This document shows, piece after piece, positions 1 through 14,477 of a stretch of DNA of 64,000 nt. This stretch comes from Amphiscolops sp. MND2022 (lineage: Eukaryota): the NCBI GenBank assembly GCA_964187785.1, contig OZ076409.1, positions 56,732,001 through 56,796,000 on the forward strand. The letters are read 5' to 3'. Position numbers and translations under genes: made by a program. Below the pieces are notes generated by a model. The model ran no database searches and was not told where the DNA came from. It worked only from the letters and a program-made list of their open reading frames with translations. Numbering within the stretch: the first letter of the stretch is position 1; each line of letters opens with the position of its first letter.

Positions 1-222
1 ATTTTGCACTGCTATTATTATTCGGAATGAACGTTTCTATAGCAGTGTCTGAAAACCCCCCTTTTGAGAATAAAATATGAAAATAAATGTTATCCCGACA
101 AAAAAATTTCAATGCCACCAACGAAAAGCCAAAACCCGTGCAAAGCGCTCTACAGTATTGGATGTCTTCTCTGACTGCGATAATATGGAGGTATTGTTAG
201 GTGAAAGGTTTGGGTAATTCAA

Positions 223-225
<3 letters not shown>

Positions 226-253
<28 letters not shown>
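226..253. repeat. (GA)n microsatellite
   Basis: Uninterrupted AG dinucleotide run. Confidence 0.95.
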
Positions 254-2825
254 TTAGAAAATAAAATGAACAGACCAGTTTGTCACGAAGACTCTCGGAC
301 CAATTCTAGTCCTAAGGAAAACTCATCCCGAGAGAATGATATTAGAAACAAAAAACTGAAAATGTGACCTCTAATCCCGATCGACTCCTAGAGCCGATGG
401 AAAGATTTTCAGGCGAAATGAATTTAAAGCTCTCGCAGGAGATGGACCCAATGATGAGTATGATGCATGCTCAACTAAATAAGGCATTTTGCTCCGCCAT
501 AAATGACAGGGTTATTCCAGAGATTCAGAATATATTCAGCAGCTCACCTTTGAGAAAATGATGTAGGGACGGAAACGTCAACTTCCCATCAGGGTCCTGG
601 CAATAGGCCGGATCTGTCCGGAATCAATCCATCAAAGAAGGACTATAGATTGCTTGTTGAATGCAATTTAATCGACCTCGGGTCTTTGAAATTTTACTTT
701 CGTTGAATTCAACCGAAAGTCCAGCGAAAGTCCAGTGGCATTGCAATTATTTCTGTATCTTGAAAATAACAACAGAGAACTTGTAAAAATTGCTGAGCAA
801 GTTTCGAGCACGAAATCTGGATTTACAGATCCCACTAGTATCGCGATTGGGCCAAAGCGGCCCTAGCATGTTCGTGATAAACCTGCACTGTACGTGAGTA
901 TTCGGGGGGTAACAGTTTGTTTGGACTATTTGAAAGAAATATTAGATACGTTTTTCATGAGGTGACAAAAATATTGCTTTCATAGAACAACTGTTTTAAA
1001 AATTTTTAGGGTTTTGTTTTTGCAGTCAAAACTTAAATTTTTTTTGTAGTTCGTCTCTTTCACAATATGTGGATAAATTGGATCTCAGCCATCGCAAAGT
1101 TTTTTGTCAGTATGGGAAGTTTTCTAACAGTCTTAATCTTGTGGGTATATCTTTTCTGTGTTGCTTAAACATAGTAATGGCTTCTTCTCTACATATTAGG
1201 TCAATATAAGATCACTATGTTAATAATTCAATACAATCGGAACTAGAAGAAACTATCCGAAAGTATTCACGAATACATGTCATTCCATGTTTTGTTGTTT
1301 ATAATTTAGTCATAAAAAGATTCATGTTGGGAAGTTTTCATGGCAAAACACTACCCTCGGAAGTTGATGAACCATGGTCCCCATTTTATTACTTTTGTGG
1401 CCTTGAGTTCATTATAACCCTGCATCCCAGTACACATGTGACATCAACGGTTCACGTCACTGTGTGGCTTACATTCATATCCATTCTTGCATCTATGCTT
1501 GGTTGAACCTATCGATGCAACATGAATCTTTCTGGCACATTGCATACAAGTGTTCTCTGCACAATCGAAACAGCGGCTTTGTTGAACTGAAGAGTTTCTA
1601 TGACCGATGGGCGAAAAGAAAGAGAGAAATTGATTTTGCTACTTTATTATTCTGAGATTGCGATGAATTATTGAAACAGGATTAATTTACATCTCGTTGC
1701 GATGGGCTGTGTCTTTTCAATTAACAATGTACAACTTAGCTGGCTTGAATTGAAGTAGTCATAAAAGTAACGAACCGCGTACATGATACCCTAGAGAGAC
1801 AAATGGATCCCATATACACACCTCAGGAGTCACCCCCTCCAAGAACTTACAACATTCCCTTGCTTGCATCTATCACACCCCTGTTACCTGGCTACTGGGG
1901 GCATCTGAAAAGTCCTGTCACCCCAACAATTGGTTGAAGGCGATTGCGAATATGTAGCAGAGGTGCTTTTTCCACAAGTTGTCCCAATAGAAGAGAAAAT
2001 AGTGAAAACAATTGTACGCGTCCCCATAGGCCATCAAAAATGACCTCTTCGCAAGGTGTGGATTATAAACTCGCGAAATGAGCAAGTGCTTTAATTGAAT
2101 TGCAAGGAAAGAATTGAATTGAGACACTACTTGTAAGCGAACTGAAAAAAATGGGAATTTCAAAAAAATGACCTTGTGAAAGTGGGTCATCGAATGCCAC
2201 CGTAAAAAACAAACCTTTTCCAAAGACCCCTTTAGTTACTTTGAGTATCTAGAGCCATTATAGGATTTGTTGCAACGTACACAGCTTAGACATTTTCCCC
2301 CAAAACGTTCTAGTAAACGTGTTATATTGGATTTTTGGAGCTTTTTTGAGTAAAAATGTTTTTCTAGAGTTATCATTTTGTACGACCTCTTGTAAACGTC
2401 ATTTGTACGTGTCATAACAATGGAAATCTAGAACAATAATGACAAGAAGTTCAAGATGAGTCAGCTTGAGAATCCTTCTACTATTTAGAGAGTTGTTTAG
2501 TTTTTTGATAGAGTTTTCAATCTTTAAAAAACACTGCTTTTCCTTATTTGCATCATTTGCTGCTCAATTCTCTTTAATTGGTCGCGGATTGGCTTCGAAT
2601 GAATAAAAAAGGAATGAATAAAACAGTAATAAAAAAACTAAAGTTGTTATTAAGTGGTAACAAAGCATAACGTAATAATTATAGTTTGGCCTAAATCCTC
2701 TTCTCAGTTGACTTCAATTAATAAAAAATAATCAACTAATTTATCTGGAAAATTATTCAATACACATTTTATGATATCTTAATTACATTTTTTCATTCGT
2801 AAAATTTCGTTTTTAAAAAACTGTT

Positions 2826-3533
2826 TGTAACGACAAGCATTGATCGGTCGCCTAGCACGCTACAAAAAGGTGAAGGAACCTGGGGCAAAAAGGGATATGG
2901 CCCGGGGATGGCGCCCATCCACCACAGATATATTTTACCGCCTTGGAGTCTCGCCGCGTAGGTGGAGGTCCCGCCTCAAAGGAAGCTCTCCGACCAGTCC
3001 TAGTCTTTTATTGCTGTGTGTAATGGGCATCTTGCTTTTACTCTCAGGGCCACCGTTCAAACAGCCCTTAAAAACGTGCCAAGTTCAAACAGTGTAAATT
3101 TCCAAATATTCAATGTGACCAGTAGCAAAACGTCTAAAATTGCAATAAGTAGCCATTCATCACTATAACTCCATAATGTACAATATTCACGTCCATAGAA
3201 TAACAGTCATCTGTCAAAATCTGCATACAGCTCGCAAGCTGGGGCTACACGGGCACATATCTGTAATTTTGGCGAAAACCCAATTGCATTATGTACCAAC
3301 ATGCTAAAAGTGTATAAACACCCTCAAATTGGCGATTTTAGCACCTGCTAATAGAATCTTTTTTCAAATACTTTCAGCCCTCTTCGTTTGCTCCTCATTC
3401 TGTCTCATCTTAAATGTAAAATGGCGGAAACAGAGAAATGAGCAATCACATTCCCAATGCCACGCCAAATTTAGGTTTAGAAATTTTCACCAATTTCTGA
3501 GTTTCATCATCATTGCTAAAGGGTACCGTTACA
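2826..3533 (-). mobile_element. Solo LTR of a diverged subfamily of the element A/C family
   Basis: Begins TGTAACGACAAGC and ends CCGTTACA like the A LTR (TGTAACGATAAGC...CCGTTACA). Length 708 bp vs 722. Internal block gtcctagtct...gggcatcttgc...ttaaaaa (~2997-3073) aligns to A LTR ~14639-14712. No internal retroelement sequence adjacent. Confidence 0.8.
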
Positions 3534-4202
3534 GCTTCCATGATTTTGACTGGGGTGAGCTATTTCGTTCCGAAAGTGCCTTTGTTAGCATTATTTGTGT
3601 TTAGGAGTCTATTGATGACAACCCTAGTTGAAACTGCTTGAACCTTTTGCATGATTTTACAGGTTGCCAAACACTTTCAGCATGACTTTGGGAGTTTCAT
3701 GGAAAATCATTAATGCTAAAGTATTTCCCTGATGCAATGCTATTTCTTCAGGTTTTTATTAGGATTTCTATACAATTTGGCGGGTTTTCAGAGCAACATC
3801 AAGGAAGTTAAAGAAAAATTCCCCGCGAAATTTTCCATGTTTCTGCGGGAAAAACCTCAAATTTTATGAGTGCTGACGCTAACATATGATGTGAACAAAA
3901 TTTTTACGTGTGCCAGTGTGGCAAACAAATTCGTATTACTGAAATTTTTTTGGTGTAAAAATTTTTTTTGCATGAAAACTGTCGGAATAGGCAATATATA
4001 TCACTTATCGGGTTAGGAGAAACGAAAACAATTCCATAACAAAGTTCTAGACGGCATTTTTAGGGAACTACTTTAGAACGGAATATTAAAATTAGGCTGT
4101 TTTGATTGGTTGAAGTTTGAATTTTTTTTCAACCTTTTCATCGTCAAATATTTTCAGAAAATATGACAAACTAACGAGAAGGATTATTAAAGGTTTTTGT
4201 CC

Positions 4203-5030
4203 TAAAATAAGTCCTAAACTGGTACCGATATGGTCCTAAAACCCTTTTTACAGGGCTTCTGAGAGAGTTTCTTGTATCCATTTTTTGTTTCAGAGTTTGG
4301 ATATAAGAAAATATTAAACCATCCAGATATCAGTTTTGCAATTTTCGATTTTCATGAGTCCTTCTAGTTATACGAGGTGAATGCTGGCCCATTAACTTTA
4401 CCACTGCTTGTTTCAGGGAGTTTCGCCTGGAGCGTTTCCTAAAGATGCAGGAGTCTGCACCCAACCGGTACAAAGGAACCTTGATATCTGGTCTAGTGTC
4501 AGTTTTGGACTTTTGTATCTCCGCTTTGGGATTGCAGCCTTTCGTGTTTTTACAATCCAGGTATTATTATTTCCTTCATACATTGCGGCTTTTCAATTGT
4601 GGAATGTAGCTTTTCATCTTTATGGTGAAAGTTCTAAGTTTTCGAAAAAAATTGTTCCAAAAAACTATTTGGCAATGAGTTCGAATTGATTTTCCGGTAG
4701 AAGTTTCCGTAAAATAAGTCCTATATTGGTACCGATATGGACCGATATGGTCCTAAAACCCTTTTTACAGGACTTCTGAGAGAGTTTCTTAGATCCATCT
4801 TTGGTTTCAGAGTTTGGATATAAGAAAAGAGAAAACCATCAAAATACCAGTTTTGCAATTTCCGATTCTTTGTGAGTCCTTCTAGTTATACGAGGTGAAT
4901 GCTGGCCCATTAACTTTACCACTGCTTGTTTCAGGGAGTTTCGCCTGGAGTCTTTCTAAAGATGCAGGAGTCTGCACCCAACCCGTACAAAGGAACATTG
5001 CTATCTGTTGTAGTGTCAGTTCTGGATATT
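4203..5030. repeat. Local direct duplication of ~310 bp (4203-4512 and 4710-5030)
   Basis: Both copies start taaaataagtcct and share long identical blocks (gagtccttctagttatacgaggtgaatgctggccc...). The second copy has an extra accgatatgg. Confidence 0.9.
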
Positions 5031-5342
5031 TTCGATTTCTTTGTAAATCCGTTTTTTTGTAATTTTTTGTTGTACAATTTTTGTTGTTTGTTTTGATTCT
5101 TCAATTTAGGTTTTTTTACCGCTGAGAACGTTTTTGTGATGAGGATTAAGAAAAGAAATCTTAGTTACCCCAATTCCGCGGCGTGGACGCCGAATAAGCA
5201 GTTCTGTTTCTCTTGAGATGCCTATTTTTTGGCTTTTTGATCCGAATTGCACGAGAGTTTTTTCCACCAATTGCTGGAACCTTTTCAATTTTTTATAGAC
5301 TGCAAGGTCTTTTTTTCAAAGCGCATGAAATTTTTTTCAAGA

Positions 5343-5446
5343 TTTTCCAAGATGCAGGGAAAGTTTTATAAATTTTACAAGATGCAGGAAAGTTTTATAA
5401 GTTTTACAAGATGCAGGAAAGTTTCTACAAAATTTTCCATGCAGGG
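5343..5446. repeat. ~30-bp tandem repeat (caagatgcaggaaagttttata...), about 3.5 units
   Basis: Seen directly; probably subterminal repeats of a MITE-like element. Confidence 0.75.
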
Positions 5447-6869
5447 TCCCTGAAGTTTCTAAACTTTATCAAAAATGATCCATGCGTGCATGCCTGCGCA
5501 TGAAAAAAATTCCTGCAATCTCAACCCGGGAAGGCTGCGAATACGGGCAGATAATTACCAAGGCTCAAAGTGGGGCGTATATTTACCAGGATAGTTTCAT
5601 GCTCGGTTCATACAATTTATTTCATGCTCGGTTCATGTTTTTTTTCACCTTCGAAACACGCTATTTGTAGTATAAAAACTTTCCAGTCGAACGATTTCTG
5701 CAAATAACTCAGCAAGTAGAAGCATTGAGCGTTAAAGTGAAAGGAAAATTATTTCGTGATTACAAAATTGTTTGCAGAATGTCGAGGCATCGGAACCTCT
5801 TTGAAGTTTCTAGCGCAAAACTTTCAATATCTTTTGTTCACTTGCGAAGTTTTCGACAGGTGTTTTAAGACATGTAGAACATGCTTTTTCTTTCCGTGTT
5901 TCGAAACACGAGACTGTCGTGAAAATGTACGAATGTATTGTAAATTTTAAAATGTCCAACCCATAATTTTTTTACTACCCGATCCGTCTTTTCATTTCGC
6001 AGACAGTCAGTTTTATACCGAAAAAAAGGAATACATATCAAAATTTTCACCGGAAAGATTCCCGAAATTTAGAACATTCTAGTAGTCAAAATTTTCATTT
6101 GCCCACTATGCTCTCATGTCTCAACGGCTAAAATGAATTTTAAACTTTTATTTACAATAATTTCAAATAAAACTCACCTCTTTGAATTTTTTCAAAGCCG
6201 AATAATGTTTTCGCCGCTCCAAACTTCAATCAATTCCTAGGGAGAAAATATGAAAAACTGTGCGGAAATTGCCTCAACAGAATTTTTTATTGCTTTTTTA
6301 CATTTCAGCGGTCAGTTAATAGCTCTCAAAAAAACTCAAGATGGCAAAAATGAGTTGGATGAGGTCAATTGATGAGGCTTTTTCATAGGGAAAATTTCAA
6401 GAGACTATAGTTACAAAATCAATACTTGTCTTAATGAAATCTTTTGTAGCAGGAATCAAACGTGAATAAAATAAATTGCAATCATTACGACTCTTCTGTT
6501 TTCCAATAAAATGTTTCTCTTAGAATATTTTTGTTTCTTGAATTCACATTCGAATGAGTATAAAATTATTTTAACACATATTTGAAAACGAAACATTACT
6601 AATTCTTTTAGTCGCGTTCTTTTTTGCTAATGTTGACAACTTCCAGTTTCATACCCGAAAGATAAAAGTAGTTCCACAAAATTAAACTACAATGGAATTA
6701 ATTAGCTCCATCTAATGTATTTGTGGAGACATCCGAACTTTTCCAGGAGATACTAAAACGTTCAAGAATTGTTTCGCACAAGTCGAGCCAATTTCCAAAT
6801 TTTTGAGGATAAGAATATTATTCCATTTGAGCAACAAACCAATTAGCAACACAGCACATTTCTCAAAAA

Positions 6870-7240
6870 AACAGAACGTCTCAAGTCGGAGTTCCGCTTA
6901 AAGCTCAAAATGCGCAGTATTTCAAAAATATGCTGTGGGCTGCTCTGAGTAAAATCTATCAGCAATCATAGGTGTACCAAACAAGTGACAGTTAGATGGT
7001 ACTAAGTTACCTTAAAGAAATTCGTATAGAAATGTGCCAGTTCGCTGGTGTTGAAAAACCAAAAGTCGGATATAACGTAATATCTTCGAACCTACGCCTT
7101 CATCTTAGTTGAACGCAGTTTACTTCGCATATAACGTCCAAATTCGGATATGAAGCAATATTTTCGAACATCCTCTTCCTCTATAGTAAAATGCATTTTA
7201 CGTCTTGACGCAATAACCTCAAAAGTTCGGATATAGCGTG
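6870..7240 (-). mobile_element. Fragment of a dispersed non-autonomous repeat family (reverse orientation)
   Basis: Reverse complement matches 7930-8180 and 37900-38185 (ccgacttgagacgtt end motif; gatgaggcggaggttcgaa block). Confidence 0.6.
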
Positions 7241-7754
7241 CTCGGACAAATCGTCCGTTTTCTGTTTTCCCAACCTCCAGACTTTGGGAGTGAAAATATG
7301 AAGACAAAAAGGCTAAGACCAAACCGGAAACCTTCAATTTCAAATTAAAGGTCAAGGTAACTGTTCAAGGTTCAGACACAAACTTTGTTCACACTATTTC
7401 TCTTGTGAAACCACTCATTCTTGAATAAGTAATCAAAATCTTCAAATTTTGAGTCGCAAAAAACATATCAACATAATCCCAGTCAAGAGAAAAAAGTTTT
7501 AATCAAACGAAAACAATTCTAATAAAAGTTAACTTCCTTTTTTAAACGTTTCTTTTTAGCTAAAACTCAAGTTTTTGTGAAGCAAAAAAATGCCCGAATC
7601 TTACAGTGACCCTTTTATTTCCTTTTTTCCTCCAGACCACCGAGCTCACCCTGTACGAACCACTTTTTGGTACCGAGGTTAATCGGTTTAGTTGGAACCC
7701 AGCGGTGACAGATTCGAGTCCCTACTTCCGCCAGGAACTGTTTCGTGCATTTGC

Positions 7755-8181
7755 AAAAACGGACGAGACTAAAGGCTCTTTTCAATTTTTCGGCATTGTA
7801 AGATTTGTTGATATTTCTTGATATTCTGCAACAGATTGAATCTTAAAAAATTCGCCTTTCACTTTTTTTCGGCACTGTGAGACTTTATTCGAAAAGTTTT
7901 TACTTCAGTCTTTTAAATAGACTTTTCAATGCTGTCCGAATTTTTGACGTAATATCCGAACTATATTGCGTTTTACTACAGATGAGGCGGAGGTTCGAAA
8001 ACAAGCGCTCCCATTTGTCAGAGCACGCGATATCCGAATTTTTGGAGCGTTTTCCGAGGGCAAAAGGCACCCTTACGATGTTTCGAAACTTTTATCTGAG
8101 TTTTTCATGGAAACACATTTTAAAAATTGCGTGTTTTGAGCCTTTAGGTATAGCGCCGACTTTACACGTTTCCGTCTTGTT
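7755..8181 (+). mobile_element. Dispersed non-autonomous repeat (ttttcggcactgtgagact family; possibly Helitron/Helentron-like)
   Basis: Repeated ttttcggcactgtgagact motifs and a 3' end gcgccgact...cgtcttgtt shared with 37635-38185 and 48785-49468. Class assignment is tentative. Confidence 0.6.
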
Positions 8182-10908
8182 ACACTTAAAGTATTTCTTT
8201 TATTGTTCTACTCAGAACATTTCATTGAGGTTGGCCACGAGCAAATGAGCAAAAAAGAGGTCCTGTTGCTACGGCTAAATAATTGAAAAGATCAGTTTTA
8301 GCACGAGAGAGAGCAAGAAATTTGGGCTGATCGTATCTGATGAGCTTCAACCAGTGTTGAGTTGTGTAACGTCTTTTAGGACTGTAAAGTACTTTTAGGT
8401 TTGTAAATTTTCATCGGCCAATCAATAAAAACTTCTTGAAAAACGTGGGGTTTATCCGGATCATGGAAACCAGCCCAGAACCTCAATTGTTAGAACCAGT
8501 ACAGAAGAACTAAAACCTAACACCCTATGGGTTCAAAAAACGCAAAACTCGTTCCAATTACAGCGATGAAAGGACTTCGATTTTGAAATTCCTGAAGTAT
8601 TATTGAAACGAAATTTCAATAAAGGACGTTTTGGTATCTTGATTCAGTCTGAGTATTTTTAAAAATTCACTCAAGGAAACGTTTTGAACCACATAGGCAG
8701 CCCTAATTGTACCTAATAGAAAGTTTCGTATGTTCCATCCATGCATGCAAGACTGCTTTTCAAAAAAAACAAGGGACGGCACAGGAGAAGTTTGAAGATT
8801 ACTAGGTAGTTTCTGCTGATTGAATCAAAATTGAAAATGTTCACTATTTCATATATTTAGTTATCATATAACCCACTTGATTTTCACATTTCCGCTTCCA
8901 AAATTCACAACCGATGCAATCACCGTTAATCAAATTATATCCAGTTCGAACGTTTTTCTCCTTGTTGAAATTTCTTGAACTTTTTGCAGTCACTTGAATG
9001 TTGCCAGCAACTTTTTTAAATTAGATTTTAAAATTCTAACGGAAACTTTCATGCGAAAATATTTCTTTAAACTAGGGTCAATCATCAATAACCACCGGAA
9101 TAACACAAGGTCTCGAGATCGTTTGTTACGATAGTTGTTACGCTTTTTTCTGTACCCCCAACCATCAAAATTATTAGAAGAAATTTACAAAAAAAATGAA
9201 ACTGGCCTAATTAAAAGTGAACTCTTTTTCAATAAGAGAACGTTAACGTCCACACGGCTTGTACACGCGGCTGCTAAACTTGCGAAAACGAAAAGAAATT
9301 AGATAGAAAATAACCAGGATATACTTTTTCAAATCCCCATGTCAGATTCCTGGGTTTGCAGGATACAAAACCAGGAAGTCTTCGAAGAACTCACTCATCT
9401 TTCAAGATTTAGTTCGGTGTGTAAGATTCTTTTTCATTTTCAGACTTCGTCAAGCACACACGAATAATATGCAGCAACCGCAAACAGAAAAACACAACGA
9501 AGACGAACTTTGAAAACCCTCTTTAAGGCTATATTCAGAGCAAGATTCTTTAGGCGGTTAGTGGTTTCTAGTCCTGGACCATACCAGCTCCTAAAATTTT
9601 CCTTTCTTTATAAGTGTCCTATGCCAGGTCTGCGTTGAACTTCCGGCGTTCGAACCGACACCAAGTTTATGATGCACCTTTTCAACAAAATGAGAAAAAA
9701 GTAATACAACAGGAAAATTTCGAGCTTAAAAGCTTGTGTCTCGACTGTGGAAACTATTTGGATCAAGTTTTATCAGCCTGAATGTTGATTTTGGTTTCCA
9801 AAACTGTAGGTTTTTTTTCAAATACATTTAACAGACATTTTATGACTTGGAATAAAACACGCTCAAAACTTGTTTGTGTTTTTATTGTATGTTTTTGGTT
9901 GTTTTATCAGTGAAGATAATTTTCAGTCTTTTATGACGTGTTTGTTTGGCAACGAAAAAGGCAAAGTGTTTATTTTGCAAGAACTTATTTGCTCAAAATG
10001 GTAAACAATAATATTGGGGCGGATATGTCGAACTGTAAGGATGAAAAGATACTGTTTTTCTACTGTTTTTGTACATTGTCAGAATGAAGAATAAGTGCTC
10101 AATTATGTGGAGATTTTTATCCGCTCTTGAATCAAAGAACCGCTCGAGTAAGCACACTCCCCCGTCCTGCAGAATTTGTTCATGCTGCACCACAAGCTTC
10201 CCAAACTCTAATCAGCAACTCTGATTAGGCAACATGACACCTGGGGAAAGCCCTTAATGTTCTTTATTCTATCCGCCTATACTGACCTGGAACATGTTTT
10301 TGAGTGGATTCGTGTAATTATAAGTACTACTGGTTAGGGTGGATCCCGATTACGCAATTGTTTCGGGCGGATGCATATAAGGATGGAAAGTGCTTCCAAG
10401 AAACTGGAACAAAAATCTTGAAAACATTTTTGTTGTTTATAACAGGATTCGCAAAACCGAGTAGAAGCATACGCAATAATGTGGAACTCTTACAACTTCA
10501 AACACTGTTCACGTTAAGTAGGAAAGGAAGCTTGGTAAATAAGATACTACATCTAGTACCACTGCCCACTTTAGAAAATTGAAGACATTCAACTAAAAAT
10601 ACATCAAAAGAAATGAACCGAGAATATATCCAGTTATTGGTTAATGATATAGTTTCGGAATTGCTCTGATGTTTCTTAAATTCAAAACCTACATTTTGGC
10701 TTTGAGTAAAAAAAGCTCTAGTTTTCAATAAAAAAAGAAGATTAATCCGAGCAATCATGCAATCAAAGCAAGTTGATGTTTGGAGGGTTAATAAAAGATA
10801 ATACGTGTTACTGTTATTAAACATCAGCATCTAGCGTCAATGAGTTCTTTCAGATGTAAGGATTTCTGTCATCAGTGTATGCATACAATCCCCTTGCAAT
10901 TATAGTTG

Positions 10909-11908
10909 CCCGGGTTGACCCTCTGTGGATATCTTAGTAAGATCATGGCACGATCTTGGAACAATCTTGGCTAACATCTTGACAAGATCTTGCCATAGTA
11001 TTCATTTTGCCATGGTAAGGTCTTATAAAGAGAGCCATCTTCCCAAAAAAAAATTATTGTAAAGTCTTATTTGGCCAGATAAAATCTGAAAGAAAGTCAA
11101 CGAAAATCAACATCTATGCAGATTTATATTGTTAAACAAGACAATTTTCCGTTAGCAAGGTATAAAATTTGATTGAAGAGTCCTTATGCTATTTATTTGC
11201 ATGCATACATTGTTCTATCAATTGCAAAACCGTCGCCAACAACGGCATCGGAAAAACATCGAGCTGAATCATAACCCAAACCGTGGCAATGATCGCCGTT
11301 ACCAGCAGTAATAGGGCTGCTGCAACATGCTCAAAGAAACCTGGTGACATTATTTGACAAAATTACAACCGGATTTCTTAGTGTTCTCTCTAAGTAAGTT
11401 TCCGATAGTGGCTTGGACGTTTGAGAGTATTTTTCGCCGTCTCTGGAATTGACGGGAGTGATAAGTTAAAAGTTTTAAAAGCCTTAAAATGAGCTTTCAT
11501 TTGGTACATTCGCATTTGTCAGTCTTCAAACAGGGGAGTAGTTATTAGGAGGATTCTCGCAGGATTTTTGGAAGCCAGAATACGTTATCGTAATTTTTCC
11601 CGCTTTTTTGCATGCAAATTTGTTTCAGCATGTTGATGCATTTTGATAATGAAACCGAGTAGAAATAGTAGTTGTTGGGTGAAATGAGCCTTTATATTGA
11701 GTTTCGGCTGCTTGTTCCTAAGGTATAGTGTACTTTATAATTTTGGAATTTTGTCCATCGTGATAAGATACGATCTTGGAATAATGTGTTACGTTAGTGA
11801 GATCTTAATAAGAATATTGCCATGGGTTCCATGGTCGCCAAGATGTAGTAAGAATTTGGTAAGATCTTGCCAAAACAGCCAAGATGCTAGTAAGAGGGTC
11901 AACCCGGG
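10909..11908. mobile_element. 1000-bp MITE with 16-bp TIRs and a possible 2-bp TSD (TG)
   Basis: cccgggttgaccctct at 10909 and agagggtcaacccggg ending 11908; TG on both flanks; subterminal aagatctt/catgg repeats. CCC...GGG ends with a 2-bp TSD suggest the CMC/EnSpm-like class (inference). Confidence 0.8.
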
Positions 11909-13983
11909 TGCTTATACCCTAGTTAAATACGCTGGAAGTTTTTCATGCCGCATCCTTGCATGCAAAGTTATATTTTTGCAGAACCTTGAAAAATCCGGGA
12001 GCGAGCTCGGAAAACTTTATAGGATTACAATGCAGCTTCCAATATTTCAATTAAAAGTAAAAATTTCTTTTAAGACTGTCTATAGGCATAATTGCGAGTG
12101 CTTTTAGATAAAAATGTTTTTCGGGCCACCCCAAAAAAGTGACAAAAATTGATTGAAGCTGGCCCGCAATGGAAGCTTCCATATTCCGGGTATAGACCCA
12201 ATTCTTCTGCTTCATAGGTGGCTCCGGGATGTAGGGAACCGGGAATATTTTGAAATTTGATGAAGACTCATGTCTCCTAGCTTATTCAAGTAATCAATTT
12301 CCCCTGGTTTCAAAAGTATTTAAATATCGCGTCGTTACGGAAGGAGAACTTCTAAAACAGCGTGAATCAACTATCATTGATCTCAAAATGCGGCCCTCTA
12401 GATGGCTGATTTTTCAACAAGAGCTTGAGCAAAAATTTTAGGCGAAAATTGCGGAAGGTAACACAATTGCTCCGAATGGCAAAAGTTCAAGAGTTGGCCA
12501 CTTTTTTGTCGAAAGTGAAGTTATTGAGTATTCGGAACATGCATTTCGTATTTTCCCATTTTTTTGTAAAAAGCATGATTTTAATACTTCATTTTTCAGG
12601 GAAAAAATTAAAATTGTCAAAGCTGGATTTTTCAGATCCTTAATTAATCTATAGATCAAACGTTAAGGGAGTATCGATTTTTGAATCGCGAAGCAATAAT
12701 CTCCCGAAATGAGATGAAAATTATGCAGATTGTTAATTGGCGGCAGTGTCATGACCAAAAACCACATGGGTCTTTATTTATGGGAAGATGGTCATTTGAA
12801 CTATATCATTTAGATAAATTTCAAAGGCACGCGGCCATTCCGGTGCAAGTAACTGTCACGCACATCACACGCTACCATATAAAGTTGATTTATATAGTGC
12901 ACCATGCGCTTGACAGCCGGGGGAGTTCCAGAACCAACATAGTTCGGAAAGATTACTGGCAGTAAAAGTCTGGACATAAGTCCATGGACATAAGTTTGCT
13001 ATCTTAGCTACTGAGAAGTGTCAGTTTTGAAGAGAGGAGTCGCTTTTCATTATTCCTAAAAATGTGGCTTGAATATTAATCAGAGACATTACGATTACAT
13101 GATTTGGAATATGTTAAACACAGGGTGAAAAATAAGTGCTTCCTTCTCTGTTGCCATCAGACTAGACTTGGGAGAACATGGCCATCACGTGACACAAAAG
13201 AGCATGTGACCAAACAAATTTGATTGGGTTAGAATTTTTGAAATGTCAATCAATCATAGCAGCGACATGTAAGCATCAGAATTGCAACATATATCACTAT
13301 AATCTAATTTTATGGCACATTTGTTGACATTCTTAGGTCTCCTAGCTTCTAAAGTGCATTAATTACGCCAACTACCCTTTCGACTCAGGCAAGCATTGGT
13401 ATTGTTGCACTTTAACGGAAAAGTAGGGAGACTTTTTCATGATAATCCGGGTCCAATAATGGCTGGAAAATTGAATAATAATAGTTCTTCTTGCCGTTTA
13501 AATTGAAGATAAGCTTCATAAGTCAAAAAACTTTGTTCGAAAAACTGAAAAATGAAAGTGGATAAGATACAATTCTGTCATTCATGGTTTGAGAAAATCA
13601 TCTCCATAGTTGGTTTAAGATTGGTAATTTTCCCTTTAAAAGTAAAAAGAAATAGTTTCTTATCAAATATGAACCGAATAGTCCATTCCATATTTCAGGA
13701 TCAACGTTTCACATTAGATTATCAAGCTGCAAAAAACTGTCACAAGATACATGAAGAATTTCATAACGGAAATTAAAAGATGAAAGATAACAGTTTACTT
13801 TTGTAACATCACTGACCAGATCTCTCCACGGAAGAACGCTTTTGCCAATTAACAGGGGGCTTCAATGAGGTCTGCAGGGAACCTGAAACAAAATAAAATC
13901 GCTTGAATTAATCTAAGAATCGCTAGAATTGCAATTTAATTGTAAATTGAAGAGTTATCGCAGTATAAAAATTATTTTGACAG

Positions 13984-14363
13984 CCGGGTGGGCATGTTGA
14001 AAACACGCATGTTTTTAACATATGTTTTCAACATGTTTTTAACGTTAATTAACATTAGTTTTTAACATCTTTTTAACGGAATTCACAAATTATTTTATTT
14101 TTCAGGTAGAAATGAGTAGTGGTCGACCCCGAGACCCCATTTGAGAATTTTTTAACGAGGAGGCTTTAATGAGGATGCTTCATTCCGAATAAAAATGCGA
14201 TTAAATTGTTCAAAACACCTTAAGTTTTAGCAGTTTTTGTTTTTAGTTTTAATTAATGTATAATTTTCTTGATTTCAATTTTGGTTGTTAAAAACTTGTT
14301 TTTACCGTTTTCAACGTTTTTAACTGCTGAAAACCTGGTAGAGGTGTTAAAAACCCCACCCTG
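13984..14363 (+). mobile_element. Non-autonomous (internally deleted) hAT DNA transposon
   Basis: 8-bp TSD TTTGACAG (13976-13983 and 14364-14371). TIRs c(c)gggtggg / cccaccctg. Remnant transposase start MSSGRPRDPI(W>stop)EFFNE at ~14112, resembling the start of a BED zinc finger. Confidence 0.8.
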
Positions 14364-14477
14364 TTTGACAGGAATCTCACATTTCCGTGAAAATTTTGAT
14401 GAGATTCTTGGTAATCTTATCAAGAGTAACAAGAAAATACCATTTTGCAAAATCTTGCCAATAGTTTCAAGAAGTTT

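Noticed and set aside
111..561. Protein-like fragment (LSQEMDPMMSMMHAQLNKAFCSAINDRVIPEIQNI) possibly from a decayed retroelement gag
   Set aside because: No diagnostic motif, no LTR or pol nearby, interrupted by stops and a microsatellite.
7700..7735. tRNA-like B-box (gattcgagtccc)
   Set aside because: No cloverleaf or A-box; likely part of the adjacent dispersed repeat.
13797..13882. Possible minus-strand host exon (tttcag ... gtaaac)
   Set aside because: Stops in all three frames; no other exons could be linked.
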